Of a stretch of DNA of 64,000 nt, positions 1-7,937 are shown piece after piece. The stretch spans positions 535 to 64,534 of IMG/VR virus record IMGVR_UViG_3300045988_134806. One strand, given 5' to 3'. Position numbers and translations under genes: made by a program. Origin of the DNA: a virus. The number at the start of each line of letters is the position of its first letter. Within the stretch, counting starts at the first letter, position 1. The notes under the pieces were generated by a model. That model made no database searches. It had not been told where the DNA came from and saw nothing but the letters and a program-made list of their open reading frames with translations.

Positions 1-2
1 AT

Positions 3-146
3 AAGGGTGAAAAAGGGGATACCGGACCGGAAGGTCCGCAAGGTCCGCAGGGAGAGAAAGGGGAGAAGGGTGATCCCGGCGAACTCAATGCAATTATTAC
101 ACCCGACCCCGTGGAAACATTTGAACAAGCATTAGGAGAACCGTAA
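3..146 (+). CDS. 3' end of a collagen-like tail fibre gene (5' part lies outside the window)
   Basis: Frame open from the window edge reads KGEKGDTGPEGPQGPQGEKGEKGDPG (Gly-X-Y repeats), then ELNAIITPDPVETFEQALGEP, with stop TAA at 144-146. Same repeat type as the fibre gene leaving the right edge. Confidence 0.7.
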   Translation, partial: KGEKGDTGPEGPQGPQGEKGEKGDPGELNAIITPDPVETFEQALGEP

Positions 147-147
147 A

Positions 148-816
148 ATGGCTGAAACCGAAACTAAAACACTTTCTGCTCAAATTAACGCTTTTGCTAC
201 CCGCGTAGGTACAGAAGTCAAGGCTGTTAAGAACCGTGTCACAACTGCCGAAGGCAAGATTTCCTCCTTGGAAACCGCCGTTGGAAACATTACGACAGAG
301 ATCGAATCTAAGTCTGAGATTAACGACGCTGCTGTTGCGACAAACTCCACTTACTCTTCCAGCAAGATCGTTTCTGAAATCACTGCCGCCAAACAGTCTG
401 TTAAGGACGACCTTCTGGACGGAGCCGGTGCCGCTTACGACACCCTGAAAGAACTGGGAGCTTTAATTGACACCAACAGAGACGCCATCGACGCTCTTGA
501 AGCCATTGCTGCCGGCCACGTCGTCTTTGACAAGGCTCAGTCCCTTACTGACCCCCAGAAAGCTCAGGCCCGCACCAACATCGGTGCTGCTTCCGCTGCT
601 GAAGTTACAACGTTGTCCGGGAAAGTCACTGTCAATGAGCAGGCCATCGCTCTCAAGGCTTCTCAGGCCGACCTCGATACAGCCAATGGCAAGATTTCTA
701 CTAACGAGCAGGCTATTGCCCAAAAGGCTTCTAAGACAGAACTGTCTGCCCTGGAAGCTAAGATTGGTGATACCAATACCGACTTTGTAGCAACTTTCGA
801 AGCTGCATTGGTTTAA
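148..816 (+). CDS. tail fibre protein (coiled-coil shaft type)
   Basis: 222-aa ORF with an AGGAGA RBS. Ala/Thr/Ser-rich periodic sequence. DAIDALEAIAAGHV and LTDPQKAQARTNIGA motifs are typical of phage fibre shafts. Lies between the collagen-like fibre and the fibre chaperone. Confidence 0.75.
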   Translation: MAETETKTLSAQINAFATRVGTEVKAVKNRVTTAEGKISSLETAVGNITTEIESKSEINDAAVATNSTYSSSKIVSEITAAKQSVKDDLLDGAGAAYDTLKELGALIDTNRDAIDALEAIAAGHVVFDKAQSLTDPQKAQARTNIGAASAAEVTTLSGKVTVNEQAIALKASQADLDTANGKISTNEQAIAQKASKTELSALEAKIGDTNTDFVATFEAALV

Positions 817-824
817 TCTAAAAA

Positions 825-842
825 GGAGGGGTTCGCCCCTCC
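825..842 (+). terminator. GC hairpin after the fibre gene (weak terminator or attenuator)
   Basis: GGAGGGG-TTCG-CCCCTCC, a 7-bp stem with a TTCG tetraloop, 9 nt after the stop. Only a weak T tract follows. Confidence 0.4.
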
Positions 843-861
843 CTTATCAGGAGATAAAAAT

Positions 862-1269
862 ATGGCGGACGAACAAAAAACTCTTTCCGGGCAGATTAAC
901 AACTTGGCAACAAGGGTTGCGCAGGAAATTAAGACTGCGAAGGCTTTAATCCCGAACACGAGCGGGCTTGTTCCAAAATCCGGTAACCGAGGGGCACTGG
1001 CGGGCTATGAAACAGCGGTGAGTGCTGCTTATATTAACAGCGATTCTAGCGATGCAAATTATTCCGGCGCAAATGTGACGGTTGCAGACGGGGCCGGGGG
1101 TACCGCTTGGACAAAAACTGTCCTTCTGACGGGAGCCGTGTCGGTTACGTTAGGTTCTTCTTGGTCTTGGGCAGGCGGAGAGGTGCCGACGGTCACTGTT
1201 AACAGTGTACTCGTTCTCCATTGGTGCAGCAGCCACGGCATTGCAAGTGTTATTTCCCCGACAGCATAA
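862..1269 (+). CDS. tail-fibre-associated protein, function unknown
   Basis: 135-aa ORF with an AGGAG RBS. Its N-terminus (KTLSGQINNLATRVAQEIKTAK) parallels that of the preceding fibre (KTLSAQINAFATRVGTEVKAVK). Confidence 0.6.
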   Translation: MADEQKTLSGQINNLATRVAQEIKTAKALIPNTSGLVPKSGNRGALAGYETAVSAAYINSDSSDANYSGANVTVADGAGGTAWTKTVLLTGAVSVTLGSSWSWAGGEVPTVTVNSVLVLHWCSSHGIASVISPTA

Positions 1270-1279
1270 GAGGTGAGAA

Positions 1280-1654
1280 ATGATTAAGAAATACCTTTAT
1301 AACTACAAAGAATATTCTTCTGAATACCAAGTCCGCCGAGCTGTTTGGGAGAACGAGCGCAAAGTTTTTGGTAAAGAACCGGACGAGGACCGCGAAGCGT
1401 TTTGGCTGAATTTAAACGTCGTCTATAAAGAAGAAGCCGACCCGGAAGTTCCCGAAGCAGTACTGGCCGCTCGCGCCAGAGATGAGCGCGATCGTTTGTT
1501 GGCTGAATCTGATTTTTATGTTATGCCTGACTATCCGAGCACCGAAGAAGGTCTTACTGAGGTCAAGGCGTATCGTCAGGCACTGAGGGACGTTCCTAAT
1601 CAGGAAGGCTTCCCGCACAGTGTTGTGTGGCCTGTGAAACCTGAAGCGCTTTAA
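1280..1654 (+). CDS. tail fibre assembly chaperone (Caudo_TAP-like)
   Basis: 124 aa. The C-terminal pattern RDRLLAESDFYVMPDYP...EVKAYRQALRDVPNQEGFPHSVVWPVKP matches the classic tail-fibre-assembly-protein signature. Confidence 0.7.
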   Translation: MIKKYLYNYKEYSSEYQVRRAVWENERKVFGKEPDEDREAFWLNLNVVYKEEADPEVPEAVLAARARDERDRLLAESDFYVMPDYPSTEEGLTEVKAYRQALRDVPNQEGFPHSVVWPVKPEAL

Positions 1655-1655
1655 G

Positions 1656-1850
1656 ATGGTGGCGATGCTGAACAGAGAGACGATGCTGACTGGGGGAAAG
1701 AAAAAAGCACAACTCCCAGTCACACTTGCAGTAGAAGAGCGTCTTAGCAGTAAGAACGGAGAATTTGGCTATCGTAACGATCCGGGCTTAAATATTGCTA
1801 GCTATGGAAAATTAGATAGAGTCCCATTGAGGGGAGACTGTTATGTTTAA
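1656..1850 (+). CDS. hypothetical small protein
   Basis: 64-aa ORF whose ATG sits directly after the upstream stop codon (TAAGATG). No recognisable motif. Confidence 0.3.
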   Translation: MVAMLNRETMLTGGKKKAQLPVTLAVEERLSSKNGEFGYRNDPGLNIASYGKLDRVPLRGDCYV

Positions 1851-2400
1851 TAAAGAGCTATTGTTTTCTTACAGAAAAAAGAAAACTATACGTGACATGC
1901 TGAAAACAGCCAATTTCTGGTTTAAATATTCTGGGTTTACCAGCGTACTAGAATACGGGATGTTTGATACTTATTACACGATTACGCTAAATAATTTAAC
2001 TGAAAAAAGTCAGTCATGCTCCGATATTGACTATAGCGGCCTTACAATATACCACCCAGATACGAAGGATATTATGTATGCACCGGTCTGTGCGTTATAT
2101 AGTACAAACATAATCAAGGGCGATAATTATTATGGGGCCGTATTAATAGGTGACGTTTTTCGTTATACTTATACATCGGACGGAACATCGCTATATAGCT
2201 CCAGCACAAACCTTTACTGGTGCACGTCTAGAGATAATGATGCCACTCGGAAAGATAGCTATCGGCTAGCAAACTGGTTTAAAACAGTATATGGAGCAGG
2301 AACGTTTGGGGTTCCTGTTATCATGGCATTTTGGAAAGATGGCATTCCTGAAGATATAAAGACGTACAAGACAAGTCTTGATGACTATCCAGATTGGTAG
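1843..2400 (+). CDS. hypothetical protein (A+T-rich, Tyr/Thr/Ser-rich)
   Basis: 185-aa ORF overlapping the upstream ORF by 8 nt. Composition shifts to A+T-rich. Last gene of the fibre block, before a hairpin terminator. Confidence 0.6.
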   Translation: MFNKELLFSYRKKKTIRDMLKTANFWFKYSGFTSVLEYGMFDTYYTITLNNLTEKSQSCSDIDYSGLTIYHPDTKDIMYAPVCALYSTNIIKGDNYYGAVLIGDVFRYTYTSDGTSLYSSSTNLYWCTSRDNDATRKDSYRLANWFKTVYGAGTFGVPVIMAFWKDGIPEDIKTYKTSLDDYPDW

Positions 2401-2449
2401 TACTCCTGAAACAAAAGTGGACAGCACATTTGTAAGGATTCGTAAAGAA

Positions 2450-2471
2450 CAGGGAGCTTGAAGGCTCCCTG
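2450..2471. terminator. hairpin between convergent genes (putative bidirectional terminator)
   Basis: CAGGGAGC-TTGAAG-GCTCCCTG, an 8-bp perfect stem between the plus-strand gene ending at 2400 and the minus-strand gene ending at 2488. Flanking T/A runs are short. Confidence 0.45.
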
Positions 2472-2487
2472 AAGGTTTGTTAGAAGT

Positions 2488-3042
2488 TCAATGATGTTTT
2501 CCTAAGTCCGGGCCTCCGCCATGGCATTCCCATCCTGAACCATGATGACTCAATACACTTTTCCAAGAACTTGCGTACCCGCCAAGGTGGAACCCTTTCA
2601 TAAAATTAGAATGATTTTTTGTTCTTACATTTTCTACCTCTATCCCCGGTCGTATTTTAGTTATCGTCTTTTGGGTTGAAGAAAACAACGTATGTTTAGT
2701 AGACCTCTTTTTCTGTTTAGTGCTTTTTTGGGAGTGGTGTGAGGACTTCACTACTATCTTGGCGTTCAAAAAGCTAGTAGGTTCAACATAAACTACTTTT
2801 ACGCAAAGTATCCTCTCCTCTATGCATAAAGAGAGACCTAAGTTTTCCCCCTCTTTTTCAGGTATGTTAAGTGATGGTATGCATATTTTGACTGGTACCA
2901 TGTTGAGCTCAAGCATGGTTCTTCCAGCAAGTTTTTTAGGAATTTGATGGCATCGACGAAGCTTTCCAAAGGGAAGAACATCGGTAATGACAGTGTTCGA
3001 AGGAGAGAAAAACTTAATGGGGAAGATGCCGAGGATTTTCAT
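2488..3042 (-). CDS. hypothetical protein of an opposite-strand moron
   Basis: 184-aa ORF, A+T-rich, start overlapping the upstream membrane-protein gene by 4 nt. Basic Ser/Lys/Thr-rich middle segment. No motif recognised. Confidence 0.55.
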   Translation of the reverse strand: MKILGIFPIKFFSPSNTVITDVLPFGKLRRCHQIPKKLAGRTMLELNMVPVKICIPSLNIPEKEGENLGLSLCIEERILCVKVVYVEPTSFLNAKIVVKSSHHSQKSTKQKKRSTKHTLFSSTQKTITKIRPGIEVENVRTKNHSNFMKGFHLGGYASSWKSVLSHHGSGWECHGGGPDLGKHH

Positions 3043-3365
3043 TTCTTTTGGGACTGTTTATAAGAGTAAAACACAATTGCGCCTTCAATGAGAATCGGGA
3101 CCCATAACACCCTTTCTTTCCAGCATTGATAAATGATTAAGGCCTGAGCGGCACTTAAAAAGAGCAGAGTTATTCCTTGGTCCCACGCAAATTTAGAAAC
3201 TAAATAATTGCCTACGATAGGGACGATAAAAAGGGAGATTCCAATGATCAACAAGGCTCCGATAAGGATTCCTGTAGGATCATGCCCTGAATACCCTTGC
3301 CCATAGTAGTAACCGGCAGAGCAGGCGGCTGAGTAAAACAGCAGAAGAGGTAGTAACTTTTGCAT
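3039..3365 (-). CDS. small integral membrane protein (moron)
   Basis: 108 aa with about 3 hydrophobic helices (LLPLLLFYSAACSA, ILIGALLIIGISLFIVPIVG, ITLLFLSAAQALIIY, VLWVPILIEGAIVFY). Oriented opposite to all surrounding late genes. Confidence 0.7.
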   Translation of the reverse strand: MQKLLPLLLFYSAACSAGYYYGQGYSGHDPTGILIGALLIIGISLFIVPIVGNYLVSKFAWDQGITLLFLSAAQALIIYQCWKERVLWVPILIEGAIVFYSYKQSQKK

Positions 3366-3547
3366 AGTTTTCTCCTGTAACTAACTACTATCTTAACAAA
3401 TCGTTACATAGGACTTTCCCGAGGGTGATCCCCTTAATAAGGCTATTTTTATCGTTTTCCCTATGCTCGTGCATACGTTACCTCAATACTTGAGACTAAA
3501 TAATTTCAGGCCGATAAAATTATTGATTATCTGCAAGGTTGGAAATT

Positions 3548-3847
3548 ATGCTGGATAAAGATCCACAATCTCTGAGCCTGTTTCACACTGCACTCGCTGC
3601 CGGAATGATGCTCTTAGGCGGCGGGCTTCGTCATGTCCAAAAAGTGATTGAAGGCAAGCCTTTCAGCTTCCGTGAATTTTTATTTGAGCTTTGCTCCAGC
3701 TTATTTGTCGGAATGGTTTTTTACCTGATTGCACGAGGCTTAAGCACCCCCGAATTTGTTTCCGTGGGAATTTCGGCTGCGATGTCGTACTTCGGCACTA
3801 AAGCTTTGACGCTGATTTACAAACAGGCAGAAAAGAGGAGCGAGTAA
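3548..3847 (+). CDS. holin (3 predicted TM helices)
   Basis: About 99 aa from the ATG at 3548; an in-frame TTG at 3539 gives M-E-I-M, a possible dual start. Three hydrophobic segments and a charged C-terminus (KQAEKRSE). First gene of the lysis cassette. Confidence 0.65.
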   Translation: MLDKDPQSLSLFHTALAAGMMLLGGGLRHVQKVIEGKPFSFREFLFELCSSLFVGMVFYLIARGLSTPEFVSVGISAAMSYFGTKALTLIYKQAEKRSE

Positions 3848-4332
3848 TGGACCTAAGAACGATTCTTAAAAACTTATGGCTGGCAATTACAGTGTTCGCG
3901 TTTTTCTGCGGGGGTTACTTCATAGCAAGCCAGCATTACAAAGAGGTCATCGTCGTTAAAGAAAGACGGTTTGCTCAAGAATGCGCGAGAGTCAAGGCAG
4001 AAGCCGATCTAAAGATCGAGCATTTCCAAAGAGAAGCCGCAGAGCAGGCTAACGAGGCGGTCCTAGAGCAGCAGAGAAAGAGCAGAGAGAGGGAAAATGA
4101 AATCTATAAGGAGATGGCAGCTTTACAGCGCAGGTTTTCTGATAATCGAACTCTTATTAAGCAGCTGCACGAGTCCCAAGCCAGTTTATGTAGCCGAGGA
4201 GTTCTCCCCGCTGACACCTGTCAGCGTCATCTCAGAGCGTGCGAAAAGCTCTTGGCAGAGGGAGCAGAAGTGGTTGGAGGAAGTATCGAGGTACTTCAAG
4301 AATCGAGCATCATCACAGGAGCAGGTAAATGA
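3847..4332 (+). CDS. i-spanin (Rz-like)
   Basis: 161 aa. N-terminal TM helix (LWLAITVFAFFCGGYFIA) followed by a charged coiled-coil region. Contains the o-spanin ORF in another frame. Confidence 0.75.
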   Translation: MDLRTILKNLWLAITVFAFFCGGYFIASQHYKEVIVVKERRFAQECARVKAEADLKIEHFQREAAEQANEAVLEQQRKSRERENEIYKEMAALQRRFSDNRTLIKQLHESQASLCSRGVLPADTCQRHLRACEKLLAEGAEVVGGSIEVLQESSIITGAGK

Positions 4333-4336
4333 GTGA
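4097..4336 (+). CDS. o-spanin (Rz1-like outer-membrane lipoprotein), overlapped architecture
   Basis: 79-aa ORF in the +1 frame inside the i-spanin gene, ending 4 nt beyond it. Signal peptide MKSIRRWQLYSAGFLIIELLLSSC with lipobox L-S-S-C. The mature part is Pro-rich. Confidence 0.75.
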   Translation: MKSIRRWQLYSAGFLIIELLLSSCTSPKPVYVAEEFSPLTPVSVISERAKSSWQREQKWLEEVSRYFKNRASSQEQVNE

Positions 4337-4817
4337 AATTTTCAGACTTCCGAGCGAGTTCAACCCGGACACAGCGAAGAATTTTATTAAAGTTGCCGAA
4401 GGCTTAAGACTTCAGGCCTATCAATGTACAGCGGGTCGTTGGACCATTGGTTACGGACATGCCCGCGGCGTAAAAAAAGGCGACCGGATCACTGAGGAAG
4501 AAGCCGAACGTATTTTGGACAAAGATCTAAAAGAGTGTCATCGTGCTGTTTGCAGGCACGTCAAACAATGTACTGAAGGTCAGTACATCGCCCTGATGAG
4601 CTTTGTCTTCAATTTTGGAGCTAACAGCTTTTCGAGTTCTACCTTGCTCAAGCTCCATAACGCAGAAGTGTACGAGACTGCTGCTGACCAGTTCGAACGA
4701 TGGATTTACTCCACTGATCCGAAGACCGGCAAAAAAGGGCCGGATTCCCGCTTAATCCCGCGCAGACGCGAAGAGAAAAAACAATATCTGAGAGGTTTGG
4801 TATGCAAGTTGAGCTGA
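4329..4817 (+). CDS. endolysin, glycoside hydrolase family 24 (T4/lambda-type lysozyme)
   Basis: EGLRLQAYQCTAGRWTIGYGH aligns with the T4 lysozyme catalytic region (Glu, then Thr at +15). ALMSFVFNFG follows downstream. The ATG overlaps the spanin stop. Confidence 0.9.
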   Translation: MSEIFRLPSEFNPDTAKNFIKVAEGLRLQAYQCTAGRWTIGYGHARGVKKGDRITEEEAERILDKDLKECHRAVCRHVKQCTEGQYIALMSFVFNFGANSFSSSTLLKLHNAEVYETAADQFERWIYSTDPKTGKKGPDSRLIPRRREEKKQYLRGLVCKLS

Positions 4818-5053
4818 TTAAATGGGTTGACACTTTTGGATGCCCTCCCGGATGGGAGTTCGAAGACGAGGTCGAATTTAAAGTGACTGAGGTTGTCTCC
4901 GTCGGTTTTATTAAGGATGAGGACGAAAGAATGGTTGTGCTTGTTCCGCACATGAGCAGCGCAGGTAGAAAACAAATTGCAGGACATATCTGTATCCCCC
5001 AACAGCAGATTATTGAGAGAAAGATACTTGCCTCCTTCCCCTCTATTTCCTGA
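4802..5053 (+). CDS. hypothetical protein
   Basis: 83-aa ORF overlapping the endolysin 3' end by 16 nt. No motif recognised. Confidence 0.5.
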   Translation: MQVELIKWVDTFGCPPGWEFEDEVEFKVTEVVSVGFIKDEDERMVVLVPHMSSAGRKQIAGHICIPQQQIIERKILASFPSIS

Positions 5054-5063
5054 GAGGTTTGGT

Positions 5064-5306
5064 ATGAAGAAATACAACGATGACTATTCAAGCGAAGAAT
5101 TACGAGACTTGATCGACGAAGAACTTGCGGACGCGTCCGACGGCTCGGCCTTTATTGCCACAGCTTTCGATGAAGATGAAGAGCCTGTCCTCGTGGTAGG
5201 TGTCAAAGATGCCGGTCGCGTCGGAACCGCCGTGGTAAATCTCACGGAAGGGCTTTTGAAAGAGTGGTGTGCCAACCTCGGGTACCACGTTGAGAGGGTG
5301 CAATGA
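5064..5306 (+). CDS. hypothetical acidic protein
   Basis: The ATG at 5064 is preceded by GAGAGG. The 80-aa product starts MKKYNDDYSSEELRDLIDEELADASDG. The longer track ORF from 4977 overlaps the previous gene and is less likely. Confidence 0.5.
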   Translation: MKKYNDDYSSEELRDLIDEELADASDGSAFIATAFDEDEEPVLVVGVKDAGRVGTAVVNLTEGLLKEWCANLGYHVERVQ

Positions 5307-5749
5307 GCAGGATCGTTTCCGGCAGAGGCGGTCCGGTTTTGAAGTGGCTGGACAGCCGAATTTTTACTCAGGATCACTTCCCGGAGGACACTACTTGGAT
5401 TGCCCTCATAGATGAGTGTACCGGCGGGATTCTCGGTGCTACCTGCTTCACGGATTACCGTGGCTCTTGCATTTCCATGCACTTCGCAGGCGCAAAACGT
5501 GGGTGGCTTACAAGAAGGTTCATCCAGACTTGTTTCAACTACGTGTTTAACGAGCTCGGCTGCCGCCGGGCTGTTGGCTTGGTAAGGAAAGACAACTTAA
5601 AGGCGCTCATTACCGACATCAAGCTTGGATTCACCGTGGAGTGCCTGATGAGAGAAGCCGATGACGACGGACAAGATATGTATTTACTTTCTATGCTAAG
5701 GGATGAATGTAAATGGCTGCCGAAGGCTGGGACTGGTAAGGAGGAATAA
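5303..5749 (+). CDS. GNAT-family acetyltransferase-like protein
   Basis: 148 aa. LGCRRAVGLVRKDNLKALITDIKLGFTVEC resembles the GNAT acetyl-CoA-binding and C-terminal core. Assignment made by eye only. Confidence 0.5.
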   Translation: MSRIVSGRGGPVLKWLDSRIFTQDHFPEDTTWIALIDECTGGILGATCFTDYRGSCISMHFAGAKRGWLTRRFIQTCFNYVFNELGCRRAVGLVRKDNLKALITDIKLGFTVECLMREADDDGQDMYLLSMLRDECKWLPKAGTGKEE

Positions 5750-6652
5750 ATGGGAAAGAAAAGTAGCAGCTCAGCACCGTCTATTCCGAAAGAAATCGGA
5801 ATAGCCCAAATGAAAATGGCCGAAACGGCCGAAGCTCAGCAGAAGTGGATGGAAGAGACGATTATGCCGTGGTACATGGAGTCCACGGAGAAGCAAAATG
5901 CTCTTCAGGAAAAACTGACAAATCAATATCTCTCAGACTCGGAATGGTATCGAAAGTTTACGACAGAGCAAACGGATAAAGCTAATGCGATCCGAGACGA
6001 ATATTACGACCACTGGAAGAATGACTACAAGCCTATTGAACAGGGTTTGATTGATAAAGCAATTAAATTCAACGAGCCAGCCTATGCTGAGCAACAAGCC
6101 CAAGCCGCCATCGGAGACGTAGCAAGTCAATATGCGAACCAGCGTCAGCAGACGGCTATGAATATGAGCAAATACGGCATCGACCCTAGCTCAGGCGCGT
6201 TCATGGGTCAGATGAACGCTCTCGGCATCAACCAGTCGGCAGCAACGGCAGCAGCTTCCAATGCGGCTCGTCAGGCGGCGGTCCAGTTAGGCTGGGATAA
6301 GAGTCTTCAGCTTGCGAACCTCGGAGTCCAATATGCGGGCATTACTAACAATGCCACTTCAGGGGTCAACCAAACAGTCGGGACGGGTAGTTCTGCTGTT
6401 AATAATTCTATGGGCGGCGCGTCCAATAGCTCCACTCAGCAGTTACAGAACATCGGTGGTTTAGCAACTACGGGCCTTCAGAGCTATCAGACCCTCAGCA
6501 ATGCTTGGGGAAGCTATGGACAACTTGCGAACCAAACTTACCAGAATCAGCTCTCTGCTTGGCAGGCTCAGCAGCAGGCGAGGTCGAACAGCTCAGCAGG
6601 TATTGGTTCTTTAGTCGGATCGGTAGCAACAACAGCAGCGGTGGCGTTCTAA
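5750..6652 (+). CDS. putative virion internal/ejection protein (Gln/Asn/Ser/Ala-rich)
   Basis: 300 aa. Helical N-terminal half and a low-complexity Q/N/S/A/G-rich C-terminal half. Lies in a block with the other large late proteins upstream of the giant gene. Confidence 0.55.
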   Translation: MGKKSSSSAPSIPKEIGIAQMKMAETAEAQQKWMEETIMPWYMESTEKQNALQEKLTNQYLSDSEWYRKFTTEQTDKANAIRDEYYDHWKNDYKPIEQGLIDKAIKFNEPAYAEQQAQAAIGDVASQYANQRQQTAMNMSKYGIDPSSGAFMGQMNALGINQSAATAAASNAARQAAVQLGWDKSLQLANLGVQYAGITNNATSGVNQTVGTGSSAVNNSMGGASNSSTQQLQNIGGLATTGLQSYQTLSNAWGSYGQLANQTYQNQLSAWQAQQQARSNSSAGIGSLVGSVATTAAVAF

Positions 6653-7218
6653 TGGAAAAAGAAATTTGGAAAGACATCAAAGGGTACGAAGGCCTTTATC
6701 AGGTGAGCAATCTCGGCCGAGTAAAGAGCCTTGAGAAAACAGTTCCTCATCCCACGGCTAAGTCTGGTTTCTGGACACTTCCTGAAAAGCTGAAGAGCCT
6801 TACTTGGAATAAGAAGATCAAATACTTCTACGTGACACTCAGTAAGAAAGATCATAAAAAGCTTTTTTCTGTCCACAGATTGGTTGCGGCGGCTTTCTGT
6901 GAGCACCCGGAAGGGAAAGATCAGGTTGACCACATCAATGGGGATCGAAGAGATAACCGAGCTTCCAACCTTAGATGGTGTACTGGCAAAGAAAATACAA
7001 ACAATCCAGTGACTCGGCTTAGAGGTGCGGCTAATAGGAGCTATAGAAGGGGGTCTATCCATCCAAACGCTTCGGCTGTTATCAATCGTCAAACCGGTGA
7101 ACGTTTTGGCTCAATGGTAGAGGCTGCGGCGGTTTATGGCATTTCCGACAAAGTCATTTGTAATTCTGCAAGAACAGGTTGCAGAGGCGGCGGTTTCAAC
7201 TGGGAGTACGCAAAATGA
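6652..7218 (+). CDS. HNH homing endonuclease (NUMOD4 + HNH_3 type)
   Basis: MEKEIWKDIKGYEGLYQVSNLGRVKS (NUMOD4-like), HRLVAAAF...VDHINGDRRDNRASNLRW (HNH) and a C-terminal HTH-like tail. The ATG overlaps the upstream stop (TAATG). Confidence 0.85.
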   Translation: MEKEIWKDIKGYEGLYQVSNLGRVKSLEKTVPHPTAKSGFWTLPEKLKSLTWNKKIKYFYVTLSKKDHKKLFSVHRLVAAAFCEHPEGKDQVDHINGDRRDNRASNLRWCTGKENTNNPVTRLRGAANRSYRRGSIHPNASAVINRQTGERFGSMVEAAAVYGISDKVICNSARTGCRGGGFNWEYAK

Positions 7219-7937
7219 TCGAAGAGATTTTTCAACGACATAAGGAGGTGGTCCTGTTCTATAGCGGAGGCAAGGATTCGTTGGCCTTGCTTCTGCTGCT
7301 CAAGCCTTATTGGGAGAGAGTTACTGTTGTCTGGGTTGATACCGGAAATCAGTTCCCGGAAGTTTTAGAACACATGGCTAAGGTAGCGGCCTTAGTTCCG
7401 CACTTCATAAAGCTTAAAGGCGACACCCCGGGTTTCTTGGCAAAGAACGGATTTCCTGTTGATGTCGTTCCGACGAGGGCGACAACCTTCGGTCAGTTTG
7501 CTTTCGGTCCTACTCAGACGACTGTTTGCAATAGGTTTGAATGCTGCAATGCAAATTTATGGGGACCTATGCAGGCTTTTCTTTTTGCGACCAAGCCTAC
7601 GTGCGTTCTTAGAGCAGATCGTCAGACAGAACGAGTCAAAGGCCCGAGCCAAGAAAACGGGATCGAGTTTTGTTTCCCTATTTGGCGATGGACTGACGAG
7701 CAGGTTTGGGAGTTTCTCAGGCTGGAAGCCGGTGACCTCCTACAGGATCGGCATTTTATGAAACACGGAACTTCTTTGGATTGCCAGACTTGTATGGCCT
7801 ACAACGAAGAAATCCCGGAGCGGTTGGAATATTTGGCAGCACATCATCCGAAGCTGCACGAACAAACAGTGACGTTCTTTAAAAGCTACAAGAGCTTAGT
7901 TGCGTCTGAACTTGAAAAATTAGGGGTGTTGAAATGA
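7215..7937 (+). CDS. PAPS reductase-family PP-loop ATP pyrophosphatase
   Basis: VVLFYSGGKDSLALLLLL (SGGKDS PP-loop), VDTGNQFPEVLEHM, a RADRQTERVKG segment, and WTDEQVWEFL...SLDCQTC, as in CysH-like enzymes. Confidence 0.8.
   Translation: MIEEIFQRHKEVVLFYSGGKDSLALLLLLKPYWERVTVVWVDTGNQFPEVLEHMAKVAALVPHFIKLKGDTPGFLAKNGFPVDVVPTRATTFGQFAFGPTQTTVCNRFECCNANLWGPMQAFLFATKPTCVLRADRQTERVKGPSQENGIEFCFPIWRWTDEQVWEFLRLEAGDLLQDRHFMKHGTSLDCQTCMAYNEEIPERLEYLAAHHPKLHEQTVTFFKSYKSLVASELEKLGVLK

Noticed and set aside
4398-4445. Endolysin has Cys where T4 lysozyme has catalytic Asp20 (EGLRLQAYQCTAGRWT)
   Set aside because: As far as I recall, Cys at this position (..AY.C.AG.WTIGYGH) is common among GH24 phage lysozymes and T4 D20C retains activity. 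It is therefore not evidence of inactivation or novelty.
6505-7218. Track ORF starts at 6505 (HNH), 7179 (PAPS reductase), 17485 (int), 39268 (VWA), 55387 (adaptor) and 35935
   Set aside because: The upstream extensions overlap the preceding genes and begin at non-ATG or poorly placed codons. Internal ATG/GTG codons at 6652, 7215, 17500, 39244, 55447 and 35722 coincide with the start of recognisable sequence and with stop-start coupling.
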